From Calditrichaceae bacterium (lineage in GTDB: Bacteria > Calditrichota > Calditrichia > Calditrichales > JBFXGD01), in NCBI GenBank assembly GCA_050173015.1, contig JBFXLE010000028.1, positions 1 to 48,240 of the forward strand: a stretch of DNA of 48,240 nt, given 5' to 3'. The position numbers and the translations under genes are program-made. Each line of letters begins with the position of its first letter. The first letter of the stretch is position 1. This document shows positions 1-9,057 of the stretch, in pieces. The notes beneath the pieces are model-generated. The model made no database searches. It saw nothing but the letters and a program-made list of their open reading frames with translations, and had not been told where the DNA came from.

Positions 1-19
1 AATAGAGAATCGTATAGTA

Positions 20-52
20 TAAAATTGTTACTACAATTTTAGAGAATTGTAG
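20..52. promoter_or_regulatory. Overlapping inverted repeats, candidate operator upstream of first CDS
   Basis: TAAAATTGT-tact-ACAATTTTA (20-41, perfect 9-bp arms) overlaps CTACAATT-n6-AATTGTAG (31-52, perfect 8-bp arms). Confidence 0.35.
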
Positions 53-171
53 ACCTTACAATGCAATTAAGCAACAACTTGAAAATCACCGGCCGCTTAT
101 TTTTGTGGCTTATCGCCCCGTTAAATTAATATGTAACAATTAATGAAAGAATTCACCAAAAAAAGAGGTGT

Positions 172-1425
172 ATGATGATAAGAATTATTTCGATTCTGAT
201 ATGCGCTGTCCTATCAAGTCAATTTTGTCTTGCTGATCCTGGTGGTCAAAAGATTATGCGAATTGGAGGTATGGAGCTTTCACCCTATGGCTATGGCTAT
301 ATGGAAACGCATCCTCATCAGGCGATTGATTCAACGAACACAGAGTTTGCCAACTATTACACCAAAATATCACTAATTTTGGGAGGCGTTACGACAGATG
401 GAGATACCCTTATCACTTATTCCCGACTTGCTCCAATTGGTGAAACGACCGACTTTAGACCAAAAGGACTATTTCAGGACACAACAAATGTGCTTGGACT
501 GCCGAATGTGGAGTTTACTACTATCTCTAAATATGATGACGTTATTAATGGTTGGAATGTAGGACAATTTAACATTGCTCTCCAGGATCATTCCGCGGGT
601 GTGCTTGTTTTTTCCATTCGTTATAATGGCGGTAAGGGTAACTTACATAATGTTTTTGCCGGTGTTCATTTTGATTTTGATGTTCCCAATCCGGACAATC
701 ATCCTTCATCAGATGATGATCTGTTAACGCGCACCCCCTCGGGTTACCAGATGACCGACTTCTATTCACACCACGGAATGGAGGTTGTTGTCCCGTTTTC
801 TCCCGTGATTCAGAATTATATGACTCGTACCCGGTTACCCAATACAGCCGAAGAAGCGTATAATCTGATAAGTAATTCCAATACCATTACTCTTCAGGAT
901 ACAGCTGATTATAACTTTTATGTTGGAAGCGGACCTTTTTCCATTCGCAGAGGAGAAAAAATAATATTGATTTACACTCTATTGTCACTTTCCGATAGGT
1001 TCTCTAAAACTTCATCAGATTTTTTTGAAAGCCTTGAAAATGGGATGATCAATTTTTACAAAAAAGAACCAATGGCAATTATAGATGAATCATATTTGAA
1101 TAATCCGGAGTCTAACTTGTTTTTGCCAGAGAATTACCGGCTATTTCAAAATTTTCCCAATCCATTTAACCCCACAACAAAAATTAGATTTCAAATACCG
1201 GCATCCACCCAAACCAAATTAGATATAAAAGTGCATCTGGATGTATTCAATATCATGGGGCAAAAGGTCAGAACATTACTTTACAAATCATTGAAAGCAG
1301 GAACTTATACAGTTGATTGGAATGGTACAAATCAGGAAGGCATACCGGTTACTTCCGGTGTTTACATTTACAGGTTAAGCAGTCCGGATTTTCAGACACA
1401 GAAAAAAATGCTTCTGATTCGCTGA
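172..1425 (+). CDS. Secreted protein with C-terminal FlgD-Ig/T9SS-type sorting domain
   Basis: N-terminal signal peptide; C-terminus LFQNFPNPFNPTTKIRFQIP...VFNIMGQKVRTL...AGTYTVDWNG...SGVYIYRL...KKMLLIR matches the typical CTD pattern; RBS GAGGTG upstream. Confidence 0.85.
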   Translation: MMIRIISILICAVLSSQFCLADPGGQKIMRIGGMELSPYGYGYMETHPHQAIDSTNTEFANYYTKISLILGGVTTDGDTLITYSRLAPIGETTDFRPKGLFQDTTNVLGLPNVEFTTISKYDDVINGWNVGQFNIALQDHSAGVLVFSIRYNGGKGNLHNVFAGVHFDFDVPNPDNHPSSDDDLLTRTPSGYQMTDFYSHHGMEVVVPFSPVIQNYMTRTRLPNTAEEAYNLISNSNTITLQDTADYNFYVGSGPFSIRRGEKIILIYTLLSLSDRFSKTSSDFFESLENGMINFYKKEPMAIIDESYLNNPESNLFLPENYRLFQNFPNPFNPTTKIRFQIPASTQTKLDIKVHLDVFNIMGQKVRTLLYKSLKAGTYTVDWNGTNQEGIPVTSGVYIYRLSSPDFQTQKKMLLIR

Positions 1426-1498
1426 TGATAGAACAATCAGGTTTTTATAAATTATTCAATTGCAACCAGGATGCATAATTCTTGAAAATAGGAGATGA

Positions 1499-3010
1499 AT
1501 GGATATGAAAAAATTTACCGGTTACCTGTTTATCGTACTGATGTTGACAATTGTTAACCAAGTCCTTGCCAGAGAATATCCACCTGGGGGTGGAGGGGAA
1601 GGCACTTGGGTTGTGTATCGATATTATGTGGACGTGAAAGATACTAAAAATAGCCCCGTAGGTAATGTAAATGTGCAAATGACCGCATTTTATGGATTTT
1701 ATTTGGGAGGCGGAGAATACTACAAAGGATATAAGGTTGTAAATGGAGTAACGAATAGTGACGGGTTCGTATTGCTTGAAGCATGGGTTGATGCCACAGA
1801 TTATTGGCCTGAATATTATTACTTTGAACGTATGTATGTAATCGTTACAAATTCTGATTATACAGTTTTATCTTCAACGAATACGGCAAGTTATTTTCCG
1901 ACTGCATCTGGTAGTTTTACTGTAGAGCCAGATTTTAATGGGAATAAAATTTTCGATTACAATGAATCTTCATTAGCAGGCAAATTTGCTCCTATCTATA
2001 GGTTCCATCAAAACAATCCTCTCCTTCCTATGCCAATAGAAGTTGTCTATGAAAATGATCATCCAACTATTTTAAATAATAAAGATCCTAATAGCTATCT
2101 TCCATTGCCTATTACAACCCACAATTCACAAGGTTGGCAAAGTTATTTTTATAATATACTTAAGCCTCGATTTGATTATGAATTATATAACCCAACTGTC
2201 TATTATCAAGTTTTTAAAATGAACATTCAGGAATTTGGAGGCGATTTACTTCCTTATTATGTAATTCAATATTGGGTTTACTATCCTTATAACGATGCGG
2301 CAAATGTTCATGAAGGTGATTTTGAACATATTGATGTTATAGTGAATGATCAAAATCCAACTATCGCGGAAGCAGTTGGCGCCATTTATTATCGACACAA
2401 TACTTCGAAGTCACTTTCATGGAACCAACTCGAAACAATTGGTAATCATCCTATTGTATATGTTGGAGGACTTGCGTCAGTGAGATTAATTGCCAAACCG
2501 ACAAAATCGAGACCTGGCCATGAGATTACTGGTGCAAGCTTTGTTGCAGACGGAATGCATTATAGTGTGGATTATCCAAAAAAGCTCTCAGAAGGTCTTA
2601 TTGCAGGAATTGTCACCTGGCGTGCTGATGAAAATGTGGTTTGGAATCGTGAATTACACTACAACAGTTATAATTCAGTAAATATGACTCTACCTGAACC
2701 TTTGTGGTGGATGGGCTACCCGGGTAATTGGGGAGCCAGCCCTGCTACGGTTAGAGATAAAACAAATTATGAGACAATCAAGTATAATCTACCATTTGGG
2801 ATCATTACTCTCGTAGGAGAATTTGATTTTCCACTTTTTTCAGACCCCCCCAAAAGTCCGTCTCACAAACCAGATCGATGGCAAAAAATTGATAAATATG
2901 GCGACCATGTGGAGACGCGTGTTCTAGGACCTATTACAATTGACGGTATAACTCCTTCATTGGCTGTTAAATATACTTTATTAGGGCGAACTAAAATCAG
3001 AATTCAGTAA
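1499..3010 (+). CDS. Secreted Vps62-like domain protein; CTD apparently interrupted by in-frame TAA (frame stays open to 3199)
   Basis: Signal peptide; Ig-like segment; LAGKFAPIYRFH, IQYWVYYPYND..HEGDFEH, HPIVYV and WMGYPGNWG motifs resemble Vps62-type domains; RBS AGGAG. Confidence 0.7.
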   Translation: MDMKKFTGYLFIVLMLTIVNQVLAREYPPGGGGEGTWVVYRYYVDVKDTKNSPVGNVNVQMTAFYGFYLGGGEYYKGYKVVNGVTNSDGFVLLEAWVDATDYWPEYYYFERMYVIVTNSDYTVLSSTNTASYFPTASGSFTVEPDFNGNKIFDYNESSLAGKFAPIYRFHQNNPLLPMPIEVVYENDHPTILNNKDPNSYLPLPITTHNSQGWQSYFYNILKPRFDYELYNPTVYYQVFKMNIQEFGGDLLPYYVIQYWVYYPYNDAANVHEGDFEHIDVIVNDQNPTIAEAVGAIYYRHNTSKSLSWNQLETIGNHPIVYVGGLASVRLIAKPTKSRPGHEITGASFVADGMHYSVDYPKKLSEGLIAGIVTWRADENVVWNRELHYNSYNSVNMTLPEPLWWMGYPGNWGASPATVRDKTNYETIKYNLPFGIITLVGEFDFPLFSDPPKSPSHKPDRWQKIDKYGDHVETRVLGPITIDGITPSLAVKYTLLGRTKIRIQ

Positions 3011-3199
3011 TACGACACTATTGGGAGTAAAGTAAAGGATTTTGGATGGGTAGTTAAAGAAAAAGGAACCTATACTCATCTCTGGAATTGGAAAGCTGAT
3101 AGAGATTATACCGTGTCCACAGCTTATTATGTACTTCGCATAGAAATAGAACCAGAAAACTTGCTGAACTATTTCTGGTATTATAATACTACAGATTGA
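3011..3199 (+). pseudogene. In-frame continuation of the 1499 CDS encoding the rest of an FlgD-like CTD
   Basis: Manual translation after TAA(3008-3010): YDTIGSKVKDFGWVVKEKGTYTHLWNWKADRDYTVSTAYYVLRIEIEPENLLNYFWYYNTTD-stop (TGA 3197-3199). Confidence 0.65.
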
Positions 3200-3342
3200 T
3201 GGTGCTGCAGAACACATTGAATAAAAATGCTTAGATGAATTCAGTGCATTATAAGGCCATTTGGAATTAAGTCTGCAGGGAGATTGTCATTATTTTCCCA
3301 GGCAATATTAGAAAACTTATATTTTTTTTTGGGTTTGATGTT

Positions 3343-4014
3343 ATGCTCGTTAAACAAAAAGCATTTATTTTTATAGGCTCTATATTTTGCCTGTTAAATT
3401 TTGCTAAAATTAATATTTATGCAATGTCGCCATTTTCAGGGGAATTTAGTTTGGGTTTGTATCATTCATTAGCCAAACCACATCATGATTTAAAAATTCA
3501 GGATAAATTCGATTTAGGAGATGGTCTTTCTATTTCTTTAAGCTTCTTCAGGAAAAACATATGGGATATTACGCAACTGCATCATCGAACCGGTTTAAGA
3601 TTAGGCTATCAGGTCTTACGTGGCAAGCCGGTCAGCGAACAGTATCGGCAACAGATGAATAAATACGTAATTTCTGATCGAATTTATCGTAAGTTTTCTG
3701 TTTGGTATTTGGTTCAAATAAAAATATTACGAAAGAAAGGATCAGGAGTTTTTGTAGATTTTGCCGGCGGTATATCTCTTATGACATACGATGATGAAGG
3801 GGGAGGGGCTAAACCATGTAATAATTCATTCATCTGTATTGATCCGGTTCCAAATTTAGGTGTTCTGGCCGGTATTACTTATTATGTCAAAATAAGCGAT
3901 ACTTTGGGAGCAAAAATAGGTATAAGTACCCAATTACATACCGGTAATGACGAAATGGAATATCCCTTTTCAAAAGGAATTATTTTTGAAATGGGGTTTA
4001 GTTTTGCAAAATAA
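3343..4014 (+). CDS. Putative outer-membrane beta-barrel protein
   Basis: Signal-like N-terminus, alternating hydrophobic beta-strands, C-terminal strand IIFEMGFSF. Confidence 0.6.
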   Translation: MLVKQKAFIFIGSIFCLLNFAKINIYAMSPFSGEFSLGLYHSLAKPHHDLKIQDKFDLGDGLSISLSFFRKNIWDITQLHHRTGLRLGYQVLRGKPVSEQYRQQMNKYVISDRIYRKFSVWYLVQIKILRKKGSGVFVDFAGGISLMTYDDEGGGAKPCNNSFICIDPVPNLGVLAGITYYVKISDTLGAKIGISTQLHTGNDEMEYPFSKGIIFEMGFSFAK

Positions 4015-4028
4015 ATGAGGAGATATAT

Positions 4029-4679
4029 ATGTCTAAAATTGGAAGACCAATTATTTTTATCGCTATAATTTTATTGCTTGCGGGTATTTCAAATGCACAA
4101 AGCTATAAAAAAGGACTTTCTTTTGGGTTAAACTCCACCTACTACGAATACGATAGAACACCTGAATATTGGAATAAATCCAATAGAAATTTATTTAATG
4201 CTTCAATATTCCTGGAATTTCTGATAAATTCCAAACTTTCTGTCCGACCATCTCTGCGATTTGCGCAACTTGGAAACCATGTTGATTTTGATGACGAGAT
4301 TTCGCCCATTTTAACCGTTAAGAGCTTTGAAATTACTCAAACTTACCTAACAATCCCACTCGATTTTAAATATTTAATTTTACAACAACCTGGCATCTAT
4401 TTGCTATCGGGTATAGAAGTTGGCTACCTGATTAAAACGGATGCAAAGACCTTCTTTATCGATAATTCGGAAAAAGATGAAGATATCACGAGTAACATCA
4501 ACCGGGTCAACTTTAATGTTAGCATCGGTGCAGGTTTTGAATTAAAACAAATAAATGAGAAAATCGTTTTTTTTGAACTAAAATATTCTTATGGTATCAC
4601 AGAGGTTTCCAAAGAGTCTGAATGGTTATATAATTGGAAAACACGTGAGCTCTGCTTTAATGTAGGCTTAAAATTCTAA
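4029..4679 (+). CDS. PorT-family / OMP beta-barrel domain protein
   Basis: Signal peptide ending SNAQ; YLTIPLDFKY, GIEVGYLI, FNVSIGAGF, FELKYSYG motifs; terminal Phe (VGLKF); RBS GAGGAG. Confidence 0.75.
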   Translation: MSKIGRPIIFIAIILLLAGISNAQSYKKGLSFGLNSTYYEYDRTPEYWNKSNRNLFNASIFLEFLINSKLSVRPSLRFAQLGNHVDFDDEISPILTVKSFEITQTYLTIPLDFKYLILQQPGIYLLSGIEVGYLIKTDAKTFFIDNSEKDEDITSNINRVNFNVSIGAGFELKQINEKIVFFELKYSYGITEVSKESEWLYNWKTRELCFNVGLKF

Positions 4680-4794
4680 TTCTATCAACACAAGAAATTT
4701 CTAATTCAACTCTGAGACATTCCAGGGGCTATCCGGAATTCCATAGGATCGGCGAGGTAGAAAAAAAGCATTTCATATTCTAAGGAGCGCCGGG

Positions 4795-5153
4795 ATGCTG
4801 CGGAATTTAAAAACTCATATCAACTCTTTTGGTTGTTTCATTAATTATTCAGGCCTGTATTTCGACATACAAAATTCCGCTTGATAAAGAAACCGAATCT
4901 ATCGTTTCAAAACCAGTAAAGGTCACTACCAAAGATGGTAAAACTTATGATTTGGTTAACTATATTATCAAAGAAAATGTTCTGACAGGTAAAGATCAAA
5001 AAGGGGAATCAGGTTGTAATCCCAGAGGAGAATATAAAAACCATTGATGGGAAAAAGCCAAACAAAATTATCATTATCACCTTCATTACAGTATTCACAG
5101 CCTTTTTTTTGTTTTTATATTATCTTGGTGAAAACTTGCCGTATCCTACTTAG
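4795..5153 (+). pseudogene. Small lipoprotein with C-terminal TM helix, split by two frameshifts
   Basis: RBS TAAGGAG then ATG 4795. Removing one base in the A-run near 4809-4813 gives MLRNLKLISTLLVVSLIIQAC (lipobox-like). Removing one base in AAAAAGGGG near 4998-5006 continues GNQVVIPEENIKTIDGKKPNKIIIITFITVFTAFFLFLYYLGENLPYPT-stop (TAG 5151-5153). Confidence 0.6.
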
Positions 5154-5162
5154 GTATAACCA

Positions 5163-5208
5163 AAAACCGGTAGAATCTGTCAAACGGATTTTAGTTGCCT
5201 CCGGTTTT
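5163..5208 (+). terminator. Possible hairpin/terminator after the pseudogene
   Basis: AAAACCGG(5163-5170)...CCGGTTTT(5201-5208) enclosing an inner AATCTGT/ACGGATT stem. Confidence 0.3.
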
Positions 5209-5421
5209 CAACGACGAAGGTAATATAGAGCAAATGGTGACAGACAAATCAAACTAATCATTACTTATTTAAAAATCGATTATATTGGAGTGATGGTAAA
5301 AATTTATTGATTTGCTCTTCAATGTTTAGCTAAATTGCAGTGTATGTGTATCATACATCTATATACATAACAAGTGATCATTCAGCCATATCAATAGGGA
5401 AGTTGCGGAAGGAGACTGATT

Positions 5422-6153
5422 GTGAGAAGGTTTGCTATATCTGCGCTTTTGGTTTTGATCATCTGCATTTTCCCGCAAATAACAAATGCCCAGGTGAAAG
5501 TTTCCGCCAATCCTACCCGACCGTCGGCAGCTGATAATGCCTATCTGACCGCTTATGGATACTCGGAAATCGAATTTGGCTGGGCTTCCACGGAGGATGT
5601 CTGGACCCTTCCGATGCTGTTAAAGTTTTCGATCCATCCGGCCGCGGAGCTGGGTTTTTTGATGTCCGGTGTATTGAATTATACAAATTTCAATAATAAA
5701 AGCGAAACGGAGGCCGGTACTCCGGGATTCCAAATGAAGACGAGAGTGTTGAGCAGTCCTTCCGTTTCAACCGCTTTGGTAGGGCGCGTGGAAATTCCTT
5801 CCGGAGATGTAAACCAATATACAGCCTATGTGGCGATAAGCGGGCAATCGAAAAGGTTTGCGCTGGATATAACGCTGGGAAGTATATTTTCAGACCAGGA
5901 GGATGGCAGGTTTATTTACGCGGCCGCTTTGGCTCCGAAGTTAAACGGTTCACTTGGGGGATTTCTGGAAATATTCGGAGAAAACAGTAACGCATATAAA
6001 CCGGTATCGGCGGATTTTGGTGTTTCATATTCTTTCTCGCCCGGCCTGGTCGCCGATATTTCAGCGGCGTTTGGGTTGAATGACGATGCTCAGGACTGGC
6101 AGTTTCAGATCGGATTTACGAGTGTGCTGATCAGAATGTTTAACACCGAGTAG
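5422..6153 (+). CDS. Outer-membrane transporter, SphA/MetA-pathway-of-phenol-degradation-like beta-barrel
   Basis: GTG start after GGAG; signal peptide; N-terminal NPTRPS..A plug-like motif; C-terminal ADISAAFGLNDDAQDWQFQIGFT strands. Confidence 0.6.
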   Translation: MRRFAISALLVLIICIFPQITNAQVKVSANPTRPSAADNAYLTAYGYSEIEFGWASTEDVWTLPMLLKFSIHPAAELGFLMSGVLNYTNFNNKSETEAGTPGFQMKTRVLSSPSVSTALVGRVEIPSGDVNQYTAYVAISGQSKRFALDITLGSIFSDQEDGRFIYAAALAPKLNGSLGGFLEIFGENSNAYKPVSADFGVSYSFSPGLVADISAAFGLNDDAQDWQFQIGFTSVLIRMFNTE

Positions 6154-6195
6154 ATTTTTAAACAGGTATCATTAAAAGAATAAGGAAAATCAGAA

Positions 6196-7023
6196 ATGTC
6201 AGAGACTTCTTTGAATGTAAAGGAAGTGAAGAAAAATGAGTGGCAATTTGTTCAATCAGCATATTTTGAGAACGCCGAGGATGATCTGGCGGAAGCAAAA
6301 GAATTGCTTGAGGACGGTGAGACCGAAGCAGCGGAAGAGCTACTAAGAACGATCATCTCTGAGTATCCGGAATTTCTGGAGGCCTATCATCATCTGGCGC
6401 TCATCTTGAGCGATAATGATGAAGATGATTTAGCCTTTGATCTATGGAAAAAGGCGGCAGATATAGCTTTAAGGTGTTTTACCGAAGAATTTGATTTTAC
6501 AAAAAACAGGATTGAATGGAAATACGCCGGAAACCGTCCGTTTTTAAAAGTATATAAAGGTTTGGGAATGGAGTATTTTTTGAGGGGAAATCTCGAAAAA
6601 GCGGTGGTCATCTTTAGAAATCTGCTGTATTTAAATCCTTCCGATGATCAGGACGTTCGATCACCGGCAATTCAGGTAAATTTTGCGCTCAAACAACCGG
6701 ATGAAGTAATTAATATTACTGAAGACTACCCGAATGATATGATGATAGATACCTGTTACGGACGCGTACTGGCCTTATATATGACAGGTGAAAAAAGGAA
6801 AGCCTCCGCCGCGTTGAAGGAAGCGATTGAACTATTTCCGGCAGTGGCGGCCGAGCTGGTTAAAGAGGATCATCGTCAATCGGTGAGGAGAGTCGATCAA
6901 ATATTTTTTTCAGACAGCGATGAAGAAGCGTTCGATTACTGGGAACGCGCCGGTCATTATTGGGCTGAGACAGAAAGCGCGCTAAAATTTCTTTCCGCCG
7001 GAATAGAGAAGTACTCTGATTGA
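6196..7023 (+). CDS. Tetratricopeptide repeat protein
   Basis: Helical TPR patterns (YPEFLEAYHHLA; GNLEKAVVIFRNLLYLNPSDDQDVR; ALKEAIELFP); acidic. Confidence 0.7.
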   Translation: MSETSLNVKEVKKNEWQFVQSAYFENAEDDLAEAKELLEDGETEAAEELLRTIISEYPEFLEAYHHLALILSDNDEDDLAFDLWKKAADIALRCFTEEFDFTKNRIEWKYAGNRPFLKVYKGLGMEYFLRGNLEKAVVIFRNLLYLNPSDDQDVRSPAIQVNFALKQPDEVINITEDYPNDMMIDTCYGRVLALYMTGEKRKASAALKEAIELFPAVAAELVKEDHRQSVRRVDQIFFSDSDEEAFDYWERAGHYWAETESALKFLSAGIEKYSD

Positions 7024-7187
7024 CCCAATTTAAGTTTTCTGATTCATGCTGTCTCGGAAGAAATTTTTTAAGCTGCAATATCGGGAGATTAATCATTTTC
7101 ATTGTTTATAAATAATTGTTAAATTTCTGATAGTCCAAAATAAAACATCAATATTTGTTATATTAATGAAGCGCTCAGGGGCAAGTC

Positions 7188-7943
7188 ATGATTATCGCGC
7201 ACAGAGGAGCATCGTATTTAGCGCCTGAAAATACCATGGCGGCTATAAATCTGGCCTGGGAAGGCGACGCGGACGCTATTGAAGTGGATGTGCATTTGTC
7301 AAAAGATAATGTGATCGTTGTTATTCATGATGAAAACACGCTTCGTACAGGGGGTAGAGATTCTCTTGTGGCTGATCAGACCCTGAAAGAGCTGAAACAA
7401 CTGGATTTTGGCGTTTATAAAGATAAGAAGTGGGCCGGAGAACGGATTCCGACACTCGACGAAGTCGTGAGAACAGTTCCTAAAAATAAAACAGTTTTTA
7501 TAGAAATCAAATGCGGAAAAGAGATTATTCCCGTGCTTGAAAACGAGATCTATAATTCTGGTTTATTGGCGGAACAGGTAGTGATCATTGGTTTTGATCG
7601 TGATGTCATGCGGGAATTAAAAAAAGCGCTGCCGGAGTTTATCGTTCTCCTACTGTTTGAGATGGAAAAAGAATCAATTTCAGGCCGCTGGGTTCCCGAT
7701 ATCGATGAAATGCTGCTGCAGGCAAAAAATGCGGGGATGGACGGTCTTGATGTCCTGGGGTGTGAATATGTGGATGATGATTTCGCACGGAAAGTTAAGT
7801 CCCATGATATGAAACTGTATGTGTGGACCGTAGACCATCCACAGGAAGCGAGGAGATTAATCGATGCGGGTGTCGATGGTATTACAACCAACCGGCCCAA
7901 ATGGTTAAAAGCAAAATTATTTGAATCAGCCGCGACTGATTAA
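7188..7943 (+). CDS. Glycerophosphodiester phosphodiesterase (GDPD, UgpQ/GlpQ family)
   Basis: IIAHRGAS..APENT, IEVDVHLSKD..IVVIHD, IPTLDE, IEIK, WTVD, GVDGITTNRP motifs. Confidence 0.95.
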   Translation: MIIAHRGASYLAPENTMAAINLAWEGDADAIEVDVHLSKDNVIVVIHDENTLRTGGRDSLVADQTLKELKQLDFGVYKDKKWAGERIPTLDEVVRTVPKNKTVFIEIKCGKEIIPVLENEIYNSGLLAEQVVIIGFDRDVMRELKKALPEFIVLLLFEMEKESISGRWVPDIDEMLLQAKNAGMDGLDVLGCEYVDDDFARKVKSHDMKLYVWTVDHPQEARRLIDAGVDGITTNRPKWLKAKLFESAATD

Positions 7944-7979
7944 TAGAAATTCATATGCGCTAAAGAGTGTGATTCAGCC

Positions 7980-9020
7980 ATGTTAAATCTGCGTTCGCAA
8001 CTGCGGTTATTATCAGAAAAAATTACCGGAAAAGAAAGAATTGTCATCGGTATTCATGGGTTGAACAACAAACCCCCCAGAGAATTACTCCATTTATGGT
8101 GGAAACAGGCCATTCAGGAGGGGCTGGCCAGGATCGGTCACCATGAAGAATTATTCACTCTGGAAATCGCGTACTGGGCAAATCTTCTCCATCCCGAACC
8201 GCTAAATCCCAATATAAAAGACGCGAAGAATCTTCTCTATATCGAAGCGCCGTATGTGCGTGGAAATCCGGATAGCGTAAAAGTCAAGCCAAATCTTAAA
8301 AAGAAGAGAATGCTGGATAAAATAGAGCGAAGACTCGATGAAATGTTCTTTGATGAAGACAGTTTTCTGAATTATGATTTTATTTCTGATCTGATTATTC
8401 GGAATATGTTTAAGGATCTTGATATTTATTACAACAGAGACTGTCCCGTCAAAACAAATTTTGGTTTATGCGCCCGTGAAGCAATAAGAATAGAGCTGGC
8501 TGATTTGCTTATCAGGCATCGGAATAAAAAAATTCTTTTGATCGCTCATTCTATGGGCTCCATAATCGCGTATGATGTTTTGACCCAGGTTGTTCCGGAT
8601 ATCCAAATCGATACTATGATCACCATTGGCTCGCCGCTGGGATTGCCTTCTATACAAAAAAAGATATTCGAAGAGCAAGGTAAAGAATACAGAGTGGAAA
8701 AACAGGTGTCTACACCGGAAAATATTCAAAAAAACTGGTATAATTTTTCTGATTTGGATGACAAGGTAGCCATTAATTATAATCTCGCCGATGATTTCAA
8801 AAAGAACAGCAGGGATGTCGGTCCGCAGGATTTTATCGTCGTCAATGACTATATATATAATGACGAGAAAAATAATCATAAATCATACGGTTATCTGCGA
8901 ACGCCTGAAGTCGCGAACGAGATTTATAGATTCCTACGGCCTGAAAAAACTACCTTCGCGGAGACGGTCAGAACAAATTTTAAAGAAATACTTAAGACAT
9001 TCAGCGAAACAAAAAAATAA
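7980..9020 (+). CDS. Alpha/beta-hydrolase fold protein (lipase-like)
   Basis: GIHG oxyanion loop, nucleophile elbow IAHSMGS, ITIGSPL, candidate Asp in DDKVA and His in NHKSYGYL. Confidence 0.8.
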   Translation: MLNLRSQLRLLSEKITGKERIVIGIHGLNNKPPRELLHLWWKQAIQEGLARIGHHEELFTLEIAYWANLLHPEPLNPNIKDAKNLLYIEAPYVRGNPDSVKVKPNLKKKRMLDKIERRLDEMFFDEDSFLNYDFISDLIIRNMFKDLDIYYNRDCPVKTNFGLCAREAIRIELADLLIRHRNKKILLIAHSMGSIIAYDVLTQVVPDIQIDTMITIGSPLGLPSIQKKIFEEQGKEYRVEKQVSTPENIQKNWYNFSDLDDKVAINYNLADDFKKNSRDVGPQDFIVVNDYIYNDEKNNHKSYGYLRTPEVANEIYRFLRPEKTTFAETVRTNFKEILKTFSETKK

Positions 9021-9057
9021 TCCGTGTATGCAGTTAAATTTGTCAGATAAGGGCCGA

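Noticed and set aside
3008-3010. Genome-wide stop-codon reassignment
   Set aside because: TAA terminates many conserved genes here at the expected positions (fumC, parE, parC), so the standard code applies.
8791-9057. N-terminal extension of the 8791..10119 ORF
   Set aside because: It overlaps the hydrolase gene by 230 nt; ATG 9058 gives a clean lipoprotein signal.
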